DNA of 64,000 nucleotides from Podarcis melisellensis. Taxonomy: Eukaryota. The position numbers and the translations under genes are program-made. Shown here one piece after another: positions 35,879 to 48,400 of this stretch (position 1 is the first letter of the stretch; each line of letters begins with the position of its first letter). Below the pieces are notes generated by a model. It ran no database searches and had not been told where the DNA came from. It worked only from the letters and a program-made list of their open reading frames with translations. The stretch is taken from assembly GCA_964234715.1 (NCBI GenBank), contig OZ174282.1, one strand, 5' to 3'.

Positions 35879-36133
35879 AGAAGAAGAAGAAGAAGAGTTT
35901 GGATTTGATATCCCGCCTTTCACTCCCCTTCAGGAGTCTCAAAGCGGCTAACATTCTCCTTTCCCTTTCTCCCCCACAACAAACACTCTGTGAGGTGAGT
36001 GGGGCTGAGAGACTTCAAAGAAGTGTGACTGGCCCAAGGTCACCCAGCAGCTGCATGTGGAGGAGCGGAGACGCGAACCCAGTTCCCCAGATTATGTGAC
36101 TACAGCTCTTAACCACTACACCACACTGGCTCT
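35879..36133 (-). mobile_element. Squam3B-like SINE, full length, with TSD
   Basis: Reverse complement of the 26473 copy; 11-bp TSD ccaaacacaga at 35868-35878 and 36134-36144. Confidence 0.88.
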
Positions 36134-38619
36134 CCAAACACAGACAACATTTGCTCCTTAAACTTTGATGGTGCTTAGTCCATCCTAGCTGGTCACCCTC
36201 ACCTGCATCATCACACCAAATTAAGACTATATTATTGGGTATATAATAATGGAGGGGAAAATATGACTTGTCTCTCTCACATACACTACCTAGTCTTGCC
36301 CTAGGCTGGTGTTCTCCAATTTGAGTTTTCCCCTTCCTTGTCATGATCTGTTTTCTAGCTAGAACACCTTGGCATTTTTCTCTGACTTAATTATGAATAT
36401 AAATGTTATTTAGTGAGCACCTGTTTTCCTTAAAGTGCCAAAAGAAGAAATATAAACCCACTCCACAGGAAATCCGCATGACTAAAGAAAACCTGGCTGT
36501 GTCGCTTTGCAGCTGTAAGTTGTGCGGGAGGGTTGCATTAGGAATATTTACTTAGCTGCCAGCCAGAGGCTGTAAAAAAGCCGTTTGTGATTTACAAGTA
36601 GTTCTTGTCTATGTGGTTTCAAATTGTCATAATACTCAGAAGCTGATGAATGGGTTTGTGCTGAGTAAAAGGAAAGTTTAGTGTAGGGAGGGAGATGCTA
36701 GTAAATAACAAAAAAAAAAATTGTGGTATTTTTGGAGACACATTTATTTTCTGGGTCAGTACAGTAGATAACTCTTTTAAGCCTATGCAGACAAACCAAA
36801 GAACCTTGGGCTGCACTGGCAAATCCATTTGAGATACCACAGGAATGGTAAGCTCTGGGCAAGTGTTTGGAAGGATGACAGGCCTGTGACTTCGCTTATC
36901 CTTTTCTCTAGAAGTGTCAGGACACCGCCCTTGAGCTCACCTGTTCCTCTTGGAAAGAGGCTCAGCTGATTTGTTGGCAGCACTTCCCCGTGACAAATAT
37001 GTTTGGCCACATGGAGACATGCATCATTGTTATGCACAGAGAAGCACTCTGTGCAGGAATTGGTTGAGTCTGAAGCAGACTTGCACAGATTCTGTGGGCC
37101 AGAGGGGAGGTCCTACATCCTTTAGGATGCAGCAGTATTGGGTGGAAGAGGTCCTACCTTCTTCTCCACCTTCTCTACAGTCTTGTCTCATTCTCAAGAA
37201 GAGGAGAGTAGGGTCTCCACACCACCACCACCTTGGACTATTAAAATGCTGTCTGTTAATTTGGATCTCAAGGCTTGTTGGTTACATTTTTATCCCACAT
37301 TTCCTTCAAGCAGCTCAAGTTGGTGTACTTGGCTGTCTCCCATCTTATTTTCCCAACAGCCCGGTGAGGTAGGTTAGGCTGAGAGTGAGTGACTAGTCCC
37401 TGGTCACCCAGTGAGCTTCATAGCTGAATGAGGATTAAAATCCAGATCTCCCTGGTCCTCATCTCACATACTGGTTCTCCACTCTCATTCTTTTGCCCCT
37501 TGTGCTTTCCTCGTAGCAAGACATGAAGGCAGAAGTCTCCTCTCTGCTTGCCTTCCACAAAGCATTTTTTTCTGTCCCCGCTACAGCCCTGGTTGCAGTC
37601 CCTGAAAGAAGATGTGTTTTTCATAGCCCCTGGGTGGATTGCATATTAGCCGATAGCTTCAGCTTCTTCCTGGTGCTGTCAGCTTCGTATCTTGTTAGCT
37701 TTCAATGATTTTTTTATCATAAAGGCCACTGTGTATTTTAAAAAGGTTTTGTGTCCATGTTTATACGAAGACCCCTATTGTTTTAATATAAAATGCCAAA
37801 GGGTTTTTTTCATGCTGCAATCTTCTCTGATTGCCCTTCTCATCTGACGTGAATCAATTGATAGCACCTTTTCTATGGGGGGGGGAGGGTGTGTGGTGTG
37901 AAGTCAAGTAGAACCTCACAAATAATGACATTTGATTGTGGTCCTCTGAGCATGTGGGTTAGCCATCGATCGCTTCTGCTTGAGAGCCGATGGAGACTTT
38001 CTGATTTGCACCCCCCGCCCCCGGTCCCTTCCAGACAGTTAACATGTGAAAAGCGATTTTTGTTCAGCAGGGCTGAAGCAACAGCTGCTGAGAAGAAGTC
38101 ATAGTAATAGCATTTTCAAAGGAGGGGTCTAGGTGGTGATTCACTCTGCATCCTAATTCTAGAGGCTTTTGCCTGGAATCCTCCAGGTCGGTGGAAATAG
38201 CCTGTCTTCCCACAGGACGGCTGGAGCTTGAAGGGCCAAGAGTGTGGTTATGCTGAGGATTCCTGGCTCAATCAGCTTCCTCATTCATAACTTCATTTCC
38301 TAGTACGTAGCTCTTTCCCCCGTTCCTCCTATGCCGTGTCCATTGGAATGAGGAAGCCTCGGCAAGAGGACAGAGACGCTCCTTGTGTCAGCCAGGCGGA
38401 TATCGCAGTTGCTCATCAGGCCAGAATGATCTGGGATCGTGCCCAGGTGATGGATTGCCAAAGGCCGTTTGTTAACACACGTACGCACACGTTGGTGGTT
38501 CCACTGCTTGGCTGGGAGCCAACTGGCAACCGCCTGCTGTTTTGCCTCATGTTTATATCGACTGAGCATCTGTGGCCCATTTGCTTGGGAAATTGATGCA
38601 CTGGCAGGGCAGCCATAGA

Positions 38620-38762
38620 NNNNNNNNNNNNNNNNNNNNNNNNNNNNNNNNNNNNNNNNNNNNNNNNNNNNNNNNNNNNNNNNNNNNNNNNNNNNNNNNN
38701 NNNNNNNNNNNNNNNNNNNNNNNNNNNNNNNNNNNNNNNNNNNNNNNNNNNNNNNNNNNNNN
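38620..38762. other. Assembly gap (143 N)
   Basis: Run of n characters in GALNS intron 11. Confidence 1.
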
Positions 38763-38843
38763 TATATCTAAGGGACCTTTTTCAGGCAGAGGGTAACATC
38801 CCATTCCAGGGACCACATGCTGGTGGAGGGCGGGGGCAGGGGG

Positions 38844-38930
38844 GAAGAAGAAGAAGAAGAAGAAGAAGAAGAAGAAGAAGAAGAAGAAGAAGAAGAAGAA
38901 GAAGAAGAAGAAGAAGAAGAAGAAGAAGAA
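38844..38930 (+). repeat. (GAA)29 microsatellite
   Basis: Pure 87-nt GAA tract with purine-rich flanks. Confidence 0.97.
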
Positions 38931-39646
38931 AGAGGAGAGGGAGGAAGAAAATTTTTAGGAAGTAGGGCAGGTGGCAGAAGGGACACACATCTGATCTTCC
39001 ACAAAATCTAGGGTGGAGATGGAAGGGCAACAGAGAGGACTCGGTGCTTCTTTAAATACTTAAGAGATTCAAACTGTTCTGTCGTAGACTTGGGAATGTG
39101 TGTTATGGCACAGTCTGCGTAGAAAAATCAATAGGTAATCAAAAATTAAAAATGTAGGTAGGTTTTTAACAATCTCTGGAAGCAAAAGTCAGCTGTGGTT
39201 TTTTTGGCCTTACTGTAGGGAGGGAAATCAGAATGGGGACTTCTGCCCATATTTTTGAAGGCAAGTTCCCTTTCTGGATCCCTCCCAGAAGCCACTTCAG
39301 ATCCTTCTCAGAGAAGGCTGGTTGGCCCAATCCTCACAGTTTCATCTGGCTTTAGTTTTCAAAACAAGATGGCTTTTGTGCTTTAGTGTGTGTTTACACA
39401 AGAAACTGAGTATCCTTCGTAATCTGGAGTAACATGCGCTTCCATCTTCTTTTGTTTTTACAGTGACTAAAGCAAGTTAGATTCCCCATGGTTGCCACCA
39501 ATGCAGAACATGCCATGGATAACGTGGGGAACAGCAACCCTTGGGCCACACAAGCTTCAGAAGCCACAGAGTGGCCAGAAGGGTTGGAGCAGACTGCAGA
39601 GGAAGCACGCTGTGGGAGCCCCTGCTTCCTCTGTGGTTGTTCCTTT

Positions 39647-39711
39647 TGATTCCTGCAATGGAAGGGGTTGGACTAGATGATCCTTGGGGTCCCTTCCAAC
39701 TCTATGATTCT
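39647..39711 (+). mobile_element. CR1 extreme 3' end
   Basis: ggggttggactagatgatccttggggtcccttccaactctatgattct, the CR1 3' hairpin plus ATTCTRTG-type tail; a similar end lies at about 51590-51663. Confidence 0.8.
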
Positions 39712-42700
39712 GTGAAAAAGGAAGTGGCAGCAATCACAGGGGACACAGCTGGCACAAGAGAACTGCCTGCTGGTCCGAGCTGGGAGGTCTGCCCTAATAT
39801 TGGGAATGAAAGCCAAACACAAGCTGAGTGCTGGTGCAGCAGTTGTAAACCACCATTCTGTTCCTTGGGTGGCTGCACTCACAGCTCACATCTGGAGGTA
39901 GTGGGCCTGCATGTGGTTGCGTGGAAATATATTTCAGCCCCCAATCAGCTGAGTGTGTTAATGCTAAGGCTGTCTTAACATGAGAAGCCAAGGGTGCTCT
40001 GTAAACAGAGCAGCGTGGAAGCAAATACCCAGAGAATAAATTCTTACCTCAAACGAAAACATTTGCACTAGAGGAGCGCAGTACTAATTAGCAGGCTCTT
40101 AATTAAATAGCCTTTTTGATTTGCATCCAAATTACAACTTGTATGTTACGTCTTGGCTTTGATTAGCTGTTGTCACCGTCTTCTTCTTCTTAAAATAGTA
40201 TTGAAATGCTCCACTTTGCGCAAATGCAAACCCCACTTGGTCTCGGAGGTCTCCAGCACCAGGAGGTGAAAAGGTCAATCACCTCCGTATCCATTTAAAA
40301 TCCATTATGGCCTGCCTGCTGCAGCTTATCAAGCAACTCTCTCTCTCTTTATTTTTCTAGCCACTGATTCAGGAATCTATAGCTCTGTGCAGGTAAATGG
40401 GATTTCATGGGCTTCTAACCTTTCTTACTTTATTGAAAAGCAGAATATTAACTGCTCCACTGACCAGCCTGTCCATTAAAGACACACAGGATATTTTTAG
40501 AAAATTGTTTGCCAATCAAATCCCCTCCAACGTCTGTGGAGAGCCTTTCAGCTTAGTGTTCGTTCTATGTGCAAACAGTACAGCTGTGCCGCTGCCCCTC
40601 CCGTCCCCCCTTTAAATGGGTTTTGCCATGCTGGCCTCTGTATTATGTAAGTCCTTTTCACAAGGAGGGTGACTTCAAGGAACCTGGACAGGCTAGAAGC
40701 CTCATAGAAGGGGACAGAGGAAAGCCCTAGATTGACCAGATGCAACTGAGATGCTGTGACCATTGGCAACCTTATAGGAGGCATAGAATAGAGGGGTGTT
40801 CTTCAAGGGGATGCTGTCATCTTGCAGTCCCCAGCCAAGAAGACTAGGGCCTGGTCCACACGTGCAGGAGACTGAGAGCAGAGAGCACCATATCAGGCTG
40901 TGGGTGGAAGCTCCTGTTTGCAAATGGGCAGGGTCACATCTCAGCGGCAGAGCACCTGCTCTGCATGCAGAAAGTCCTGGAAAATAAGGGAGCGTTGGGG
41001 AAAGGTTTTTCCCTCTTTTCTCTTCCTGCTGCACTAGTATTCTATTTGCTTAGTGTTTGGAGTTTATTTTGTCTTGTACCTAGGGGAGCATTCAAAAATG
41101 CAATTCTCTGCCTGCCCTCTAAATGGGTCCAGTCCATTCTGCCACCTTGGTCCCAATTTCTCTTCTTGCTGCATGCAGACCCATTCTTGGTTTCTTGGCC
41201 TGCAAGTTGCCCACCTATGATCTTTTTTTAGCTTTTGCCACATGGTTGGTGGAAAAGCAAGGCAGTTCTAGGGCAGCTTCTTCGTCTTTTCTCCTCCCCG
41301 CCCCAAGCTTCTCCTTCTGATTATCCTTCCTTCCCTGGTTACCTAAAACATCAGTTTCAGGCAACTAGTGGTGGGACGGTGTAGATGTATGAGAGGCTGT
41401 TTCTAGGTGACCATGTGTTCTCTCTTCCTGCTTCTAGGCTCTCCACAATGAGGGGAGGTTTTGCATCTGCAGCTCCCCCCCCCCCCCCCCGCTAGGCAGA
41501 AATGTGGTCTGTTACCTACAGGAGGAGAAATAAGAACATACTTGGTGACTGGTATTCAAAGAGACACTTCTAGGGCCCATGTGTATTGAGCTGGCATCTC
41601 ATTTGCTGATCTTGTGCCATATTTATTTAAAAGTATCCTACTGACCCATTGACAGCTCCTTTAGTGGGAAGATGCACTCATTATAGCATGAATGCAAAGA
41701 AAGGGTATGCTGTGGTTGGCAGTATGATATGTCCTGGGTGATAGTTTGGGACAGTGCATTAGTATAGGATTTGCTCTAGAACTGTCATCAGCTGCTGGAG
41801 TGCAGCAGTTTTGACTATTTCAACCTGACCTGCCTATTGTGGAATCTGGAGTGGGGCCAGCAATATGTGTTGTCTATCTTTTGATTATGATTCTGCACTT
41901 TACACTGAGAGAGTGAGGGATGGTTTCACCCTTTGCATGGTGGAGAAGTTTGCCATGTGTACACTAATTAAAGTAAGGAGACGGTGTACCTGGAAGCCAT
42001 AGTGGTTGGGAAGCAGGAGCAAGCAAGCTGTCCTGGGGATAGATATTATTGAATGCCTTCAATAAGTGGGTCAAGGCACATGGTTGTGGGGAAAGCATGT
42101 CTTGAGGGTTGTGTGTCACTGACTGGGGATGGTGGTGAGCAGGTCCTTCCTAACCACACATGTGCCAGTCAGTTGAGCATGAAAAACAAATTCCATTTTC
42201 CAAGCCTCTTTGGGCTCATTTTTCTTGCGTGACATTGAACTCCTAGGAAACCAATTACTGGCCTTTTGGTCCAAAGGCCTGTGAGGCAGCAACCTTGCAA
42301 AAGGTCTGAGTCTGGTCCCTGCCTGGATGGGAGACCACCTGGGATGCCTATGTATGCTATTCTCAAGCTTTTCCAGGTAGAGGAAAGGGGTGATACAAAT
42401 GTAATGACAATTAGGAAGCTTTTCCTGTCCTCAATAGAGCCTGGCAGCCAGCCTGAGAAGGCGTGTGGGTGTGGAGAGGAGATTCTGGTAATGAATCAGC
42501 ACTGTGGAAACATGATTTCACTGAGCCACTTTGAAATCCATTGGAATTAATATAGCAACATTTGACAACCCTATGAATCTGGGGCCCTGTATTCATTTGT
42601 TTCCAGGTTTTTCTGTTAAATCACAAGAACTTGAAAGTTTCTTTCTTAATGTAAACTGATGAGAATTCAAGATCCCTGGCCACCTACAGCTCATGTGCTT

Positions 42701-42744
42701 TTGTTGTTGATCTTTAGTGAATGGCATTCCTCTTTCTCTTTCAG

Positions 42745-42866
42745 GGCATTGATTTCTGCCCTGGCCAAAATGTTTCTGGAGTAACGACCCATGACCAAGA
42801 GGAGCACTCCAAACTTCCACTTCTGTTTCACTTGGGAAAGGACCCTGGGGAAAAGTATCCAATAAG
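42745..42866 (+). CDS. GALNS: GALNS exon 12: [40 protein letters not shown]
   Basis: tttcag|GGC...ATA AG|gtaagg; 122 nt; NVS sequon and DPGE motif. Confidence 0.97.
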
Positions 42867-43955
42867 GTAAGGCAGGCATGTGATCGGAAACACAAGTGGT
42901 GTTCTTGAGGTGAACACCAGCTGCGCAAGAGAGTGAGGTAAACTGGTCAAGCACAGCATCCCTTTTAACTGGCTTGTCCTTTCTCTGTGGGAAAGAATGC
43001 AAGCTTTTGAGCATCACAGAATTGTTCAGCAGCAGCATACAAAGCCAGGCTGACCAGGGCCTGCCATACAATGAGTCAGAAGAAGGCGGGCCTCTCAGGC
43101 AGCTGGTGCTGGGATGCAGGGAGCCGCAGCACGGGGCTGGGGCTTTGTGTACCATTTACAGCCTGCTCTGTGGTAGACCATGGTGTCCCACTGCCAGTGC
43201 TGAACTAAAATTTGGCTGCCAGCCGGGTCTGCTTCTGGACTTGGAAAGCGGGGGATGAGGGTGGCATCTTATCTTTTGCCTCAGGCAGCAAAATGTCTTG
43301 GGCTGGTCCTGAAGTTGACAGACAGCATCTATGCTTTTAATAACAAGGCTTCTGGGAAGCTCAGAATGAAAGTGTGAAAGAAGCAAGTTGGATCAAAATG
43401 CATTATTCCTGACAGCACTGCAGCTGTACAGCTCTCTGACAAGCAGGTAAAATGAACTAAAACCAACAGAACTGGATTTTTAATGGCTGCAGACAAAGAC
43501 AGCTCTCCTGTGGGGTGAAATGTGAGGGAGCTGTCTCAGGTGGTAGATTCTGAATGCCATTAAGTAGAAAGCGAGGGCATATCTGACCTGTGGAACAACG
43601 CCTCCCCTCCAGTTGGTTCTTCTTTGCAAGCCCCCTCAACCTTAATTAGAGTCGTGCAAGAGGTCTTGACCTCCTTCCAGCCAAGTGGCCCCAGACTTCC
43701 ATGCTGCAAGCTGGTTTCAAGACCCTGAGGAGACAGGGAGGGGATCTGCAGTTTTAGGGGATGCGGGCGGGAGGCTCTTTGCAGAGAAGGCCCCTGAAAG
43801 CAACATGCTTGGAGTTATAATGGTGCTCTGAATGCTCCCCCCACCCTCCCGCTTTCAGCCCCGAGGGTGTTTTTGATGAAGAGTATAATCACGAAGACTG
43901 TCTCCTTGGTAGCAATCATCTTAATGTCAGAGCTGGGAGCCCTCTTGGTGGCGAA

Positions 43956-44166
43956 GGGGAAGGGTTGTAGCTCAGCAGCAGATGATGCAGTATGCAAGCC
44001 CCAGGTCCCCAGTTCAGTCCTTGCATCTCCAGGATCAGGCCATAGGTGATGGGAAAGACTCTGCCTGCCTGACACCCTGGAGAGTCACTGTCAGTCAGAG
44101 CAGATGATATGTAGACCAGGCAGAGAAATATTCTGGACTGGGAAAAGGCAGCTTTCCATGTTCCTA
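43956..44166 (+). mobile_element. tRNA-derived SINE, near full length
   Basis: A-box tgtagctcagcagcaga, B-box-like agttcagtcc, body ...ccctggagagtcactgtcagtcag...aaggcagctttccatgttccta. Family members near 2570, 24390, 30540, 30730, 31363, 40925 and 52650. Confidence 0.7.
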
Positions 44167-45369
44167 AGGAACTTGGCATGTTTGTGTAGCCAGAAGCTAT
44201 TCAAGATAGGTTTCACTTATCCCTAAAATTAAATCCATGCTCCCTTAAAGGGGTTAAGATATCCTACCGCCTGCCTTTTGCCCTCACCTGAGGCCACTGA
44301 AAGGCAGGGTGTGAACTGAGAGTCTGTGGCAGCTGTTTGGTAAGTATATTTCCATGCCTGCCTCTTGCCTATGAATTGGCAGGTGAGCCTGGGATTCTAG
44401 CAGCCACCAGGAGTAGCTGCAGAGAGGTACATGAGGTGGCATTGGCAGTGGAGCAAAAGAGCCTTGGCGGATCAGTTGGAAAGGTTGGGCAGGTTTTCTC
44501 ACGAGGAGCCGGAGTGTACCATCTGCTTTCCCTGAAACAAATCCTGTTTACAAAATGGAGCGTTAAGGAGAGAGGAAACAGGCGTTGTTGGCTCCACCTG
44601 CACCAAAGTGGCTTTTACAGCAAGGTGCTCTTGGAACTGACAGGGCTGCAATTACCCATCCCTTCTAAATAGTGGAGCACTTGCGCTCACTCCATTACTG
44701 TCCTGGCAGAACCACGTGACTGCGCTGCCCACTAAGTGTTCTCTGCTGGGGAGGAAAGGAAAAAGAGACGCTGGTCCTATCCTTGGAGTGAATAAGATCT
44801 TCCTGCTTTTCAGTCCTAATGAATTCTTTTTGCAGTTGATTTTTCTGGCTTGAGCGTTGCTGGTTCATATTGCACTAACTGCAGGGGCAGGCAGTGTGGG
44901 AGTGAATCATGAGCTGGAGAAGTATAGCTGACTTATAGGTTGTAATGTGCACATAATTTGCCTAAACTCTGCATACAGAGATGCTGTCGTTGGGGGTGGG
45001 GGTGGGTGAAATAATTCCATCTTTGATCTCACTGTGGTTCTTATTGGAATCACCAATTCTGGCACAAACTCAAAATTATTCATAACCTCCTTTTACCCAA
45101 CTTATTAGCCAAAAAGGCTCCCAGAGCTGTTTACAAAGATTAGTAGTAAGACAACCAATCTGAAATGCATTACTTGCAAGGAAAAACTGATGAGGAGGGA
45201 GGAGGAAAAAAGGAAGGCCAGGCACCAGTTTTTCAAGTTTCAGTACTTGTGATGACCCACTGGGAAGGAAACAGGGTAGCCTGACAATATGACTTTCTCT
45301 CGCTCACCTTGAGGGTGATTTTGTTTCTCTCCTTTCCTTCTCTCATTCTCTGAAGCGTTTTGGTTGCAC

Positions 45370-45370
<1 letters not shown>

Positions 45371-45402
<32 letters not shown>

Positions 45403-45483
45403 GTCGTTTAGTCGTGTCCGACTCTTCGTGACCCCATGGACCAGAGCACGCCAGGCACTTCTGTCTTCCACTGCCTCCCGCAC
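45371..45483 (-). mobile_element. BovB/RTE (or Sauria-SINE-type) 3' end with (CAA)n tail and 12-bp TSD
   Basis: Minus strand ggaggcagtggaagacag...gtccatggggtcacgaagagtcggacacgactaaacgactaaacaacaac; TSD tttggttgcact at 45359-45370 and 45484-45495. Confidence 0.88.
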
Positions 45484-48400
45484 TTTGGTTGCACTAGTCA
45501 GAAAGAATGCTGTTCCCCTTTCCCAGAGAGTTGGGTGTTGGTTGTGAGCTTCCCAGAGGGGCACTGTGAGAGCAGGGTACTGGGCCAGATGGGGCTTTGG
45601 TCTGATCCAGCAGGGCCGTTCTTAAGTTCTTAACCTTAATTAACCCTAATTAACCTTAACCTTAATTTGGATCTGCAGATTCCTCTTGACTTAAAGGCTA
45701 TAGTTATATTCATAGGTGTGATTTAAGTGAAGAGAAACTTAACATTTCAGTAGGCAGCTATGTATTAATTTATATTGATAATCGTTTATGCAATACTATT
45801 TCTTTTTTTGTCAAGACCATGCATAGTCCACACTAGAAGCAGAAATTGTCTACCAAGCGAACCCACATCCAAAGACAGATCATAATGTTTTGCTGCCTGA
45901 AGTGCGACCTCTGCTATGACCAATACTCTAAAATTTCTTGTTGCATCTTTTCATATACAAGTTCCTGCCTTCATCTATCCCACCACCGCCCAGTGCTGCC
46001 TAGTAGGGCTGCACTGAGCAACAACTTTGAATGCTACATTGAGCAACACCTTGAATCTTAGAGCTGAATATTTTATTTATTATTTATTACATTCAGATTC
46101 CCATCTTTCTTACAGATTGGGCAGTGAAATTATGGCCAGGCCAACTGCATGCAGTGAGCCTCAGGGCTGTCCGGAAAATAGAAATAGCATAGTGGCATCA
46201 TATTATCATAACATCAGTAACATCTCAAGAAGAACTGCCTTGTAAAGAAATTCAATTTTCAAAGGCCTGCCTGAACACTATTGGGTCTTCGCAGGTCCTT
46301 GCACAACATGCTGCTCACCACATCACACATCAGCTTTCTGAATACATCATGCCAGTACAACAGTCTGCATATGTAGAATTATTTCTGCAATTTCCGTCCC
46401 CCTACAAAAGGAGCAACCTGCCATGCTTGGTGCAGAAGCCCCATCATACCCCCTCTTTTATGTCCTGTTGGGCCCGCAGGCATGGCCCCAATGTTGTCAA
46501 GTTTATCTACAAGAGCTCTACAAGAGCTGGAAGCTTCCTTACGAAAAGAAAAAGCTATGGCTGTCGGTATGCTGAGTTCTGCACCCAGCAGCAAAGCCCA
46601 GGCGTCCCAGTCCTGCAAGTGTAACACACAGAGCTCCAGTTTACTTTTGTGCTTTGGGCTGAGGGGTTTTCCTTTCAAAATCCAAGCTACTTGGATCCAG
46701 ATTTGGGAGCTCTCTCTCCGCAGGGCATCCCCTGCCTTGTCATCTAATTGTCTCTTTGGAAAACCGCCCTTTCTGAGTTGAGCTGCATTCCATTGTTTTC
46801 ATCTGCAGCCATTTCTCATCTGGCTCCCTTGCTTTCCAAACACCCGGCAAGCTATTGTCTTGATTGAATTTTATGGGGAGATTATGACACGATTATGGCG
46901 AAATGATGTTTTAATATGCAGGGCATAATAGAAAGGCGCACATTCTCTCTCTCTCTCTTTAAATAAATATAATAATAAACCAAATGAAAGTTCATTTGGG
47001 AAGCTCTCTAATGTTTATATCCTCTCATATCTCCGGTCACATTGGAAGCCTTGTGGAAAGGAGGTCTCCCCTTCTTTGTGGGTAATTAAATTATCCTCAT
47101 TTGCAGAGATGTTACTACTGTGGCGGGTGCGTATTTTTGATTTGCCTTAATTATCCCCCTTGGCAGCCTGCCTGTTGGGAGTCCCTGTATTAGTGCTTCT
47201 CAGAGGGAGAGCAAGTGTTTTCTTGCCCAGGCATAATTTCACTCAAAAGATGGGTACCAGCAAGGGCCCTGCAAGAGGAACAAAAATGGGCTTGTCGGTG
47301 ATTCTGTCCACAGAATATGGGGAGGACCTGCCTGTCTGTGGGGATGCTGTAAACCTGAGCTCACTGTATTGCACATACCACTGAACATAAGACGATCCCC
47401 AAGCTGGATCAGGCCATAGGTCCCTCATAGTCCAGCATAGTTCATGCTCTCTCTCTTTGTAGTCTCAGGGTTCCAAGCTGTTCTCCCAGTGTCTAGGTCT
47501 TCCTGTACAGAGGAAGAGCAGTGTGCAAATGTGGTGTTGTTTTTCAAATGAGAGCCTGTCTTGGAATAAAATATTAAATGGGGAGAAAATAGGTGAGGTG
47601 ATGTCTATATTATGCCAACTTGCATTGCTATGCATCTTAAGTTTTTTGGGGTGGGAAATGCTTTCTCCAGCAAAGACTCCTATGTTACCAGATCCTTCTT
47701 TGTTTTGTCTTGAGTCAGAGGGTGAGGCACACAACTCATTGCAGATGGAAAGAGCTGCACCACCTGGCTTTACAGGCATTTGGATGCAGAAAGAGAGAGA
47801 GTGTGCGCGTGTATGTACACAGATACTTAAACAAAGGAAGAGAGAAATACAAAAAAGCTATATATATATATATTTACAGCTTGGCTTCTCATCATTCAGA
47901 TTCAGAAACCTCAGACAGTTCTGTGAAGCTGGAAAGGGGAGTGTAAAGGCTCAAAGATTAAGATCATCATAGCCCAGGGAGGGAGGCAATATATTAACAC
48001 CAGCTCCTTCCTTCCAGCCCCAAACTGAGTTTTCACGGCAGGCCACGGCGGGGTTAACAATGGAGTGAGTTGTGTACAGATTTTGCTTGGAGTGGGAGGG
48101 CAATGAGAACAGATTGCAGAAGCACAATTACGCTAAATGAACTAAACACACGCCACACCTGTGCCTGGGACCTTGCGCCTCCAATCCATCCCTGATTGGC
48201 TCTCTGGGGACTTCCTGGAGGTAAAGTGTCAATTAGTGTAATGACCCTGGACTCTGTCCACTCTGCTCCTTCATCCTGAGCGTGGAATAATTCTGCGTAC
48301 ACAGGGGGAATCTCTCCGAGCAAACTCCTCACAACACCACCTGCTCACCCTGGCGCGCTCTTCCCTCTCATTCTTCCACTGCAATTCCCATCCTCCCTTT

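Noticed and set aside
38768-39030. Poly-E / poly-S / poly-L ORFs
   Set aside because: These are translations of the (GAA)29 microsatellite.
45626-45666. Interstitial telomere-like repeat (taaccttaa/taaccctaa)
   Set aside because: Only one true CCCTAA unit; more likely a degenerate CR1 3' tail or simple repeat.
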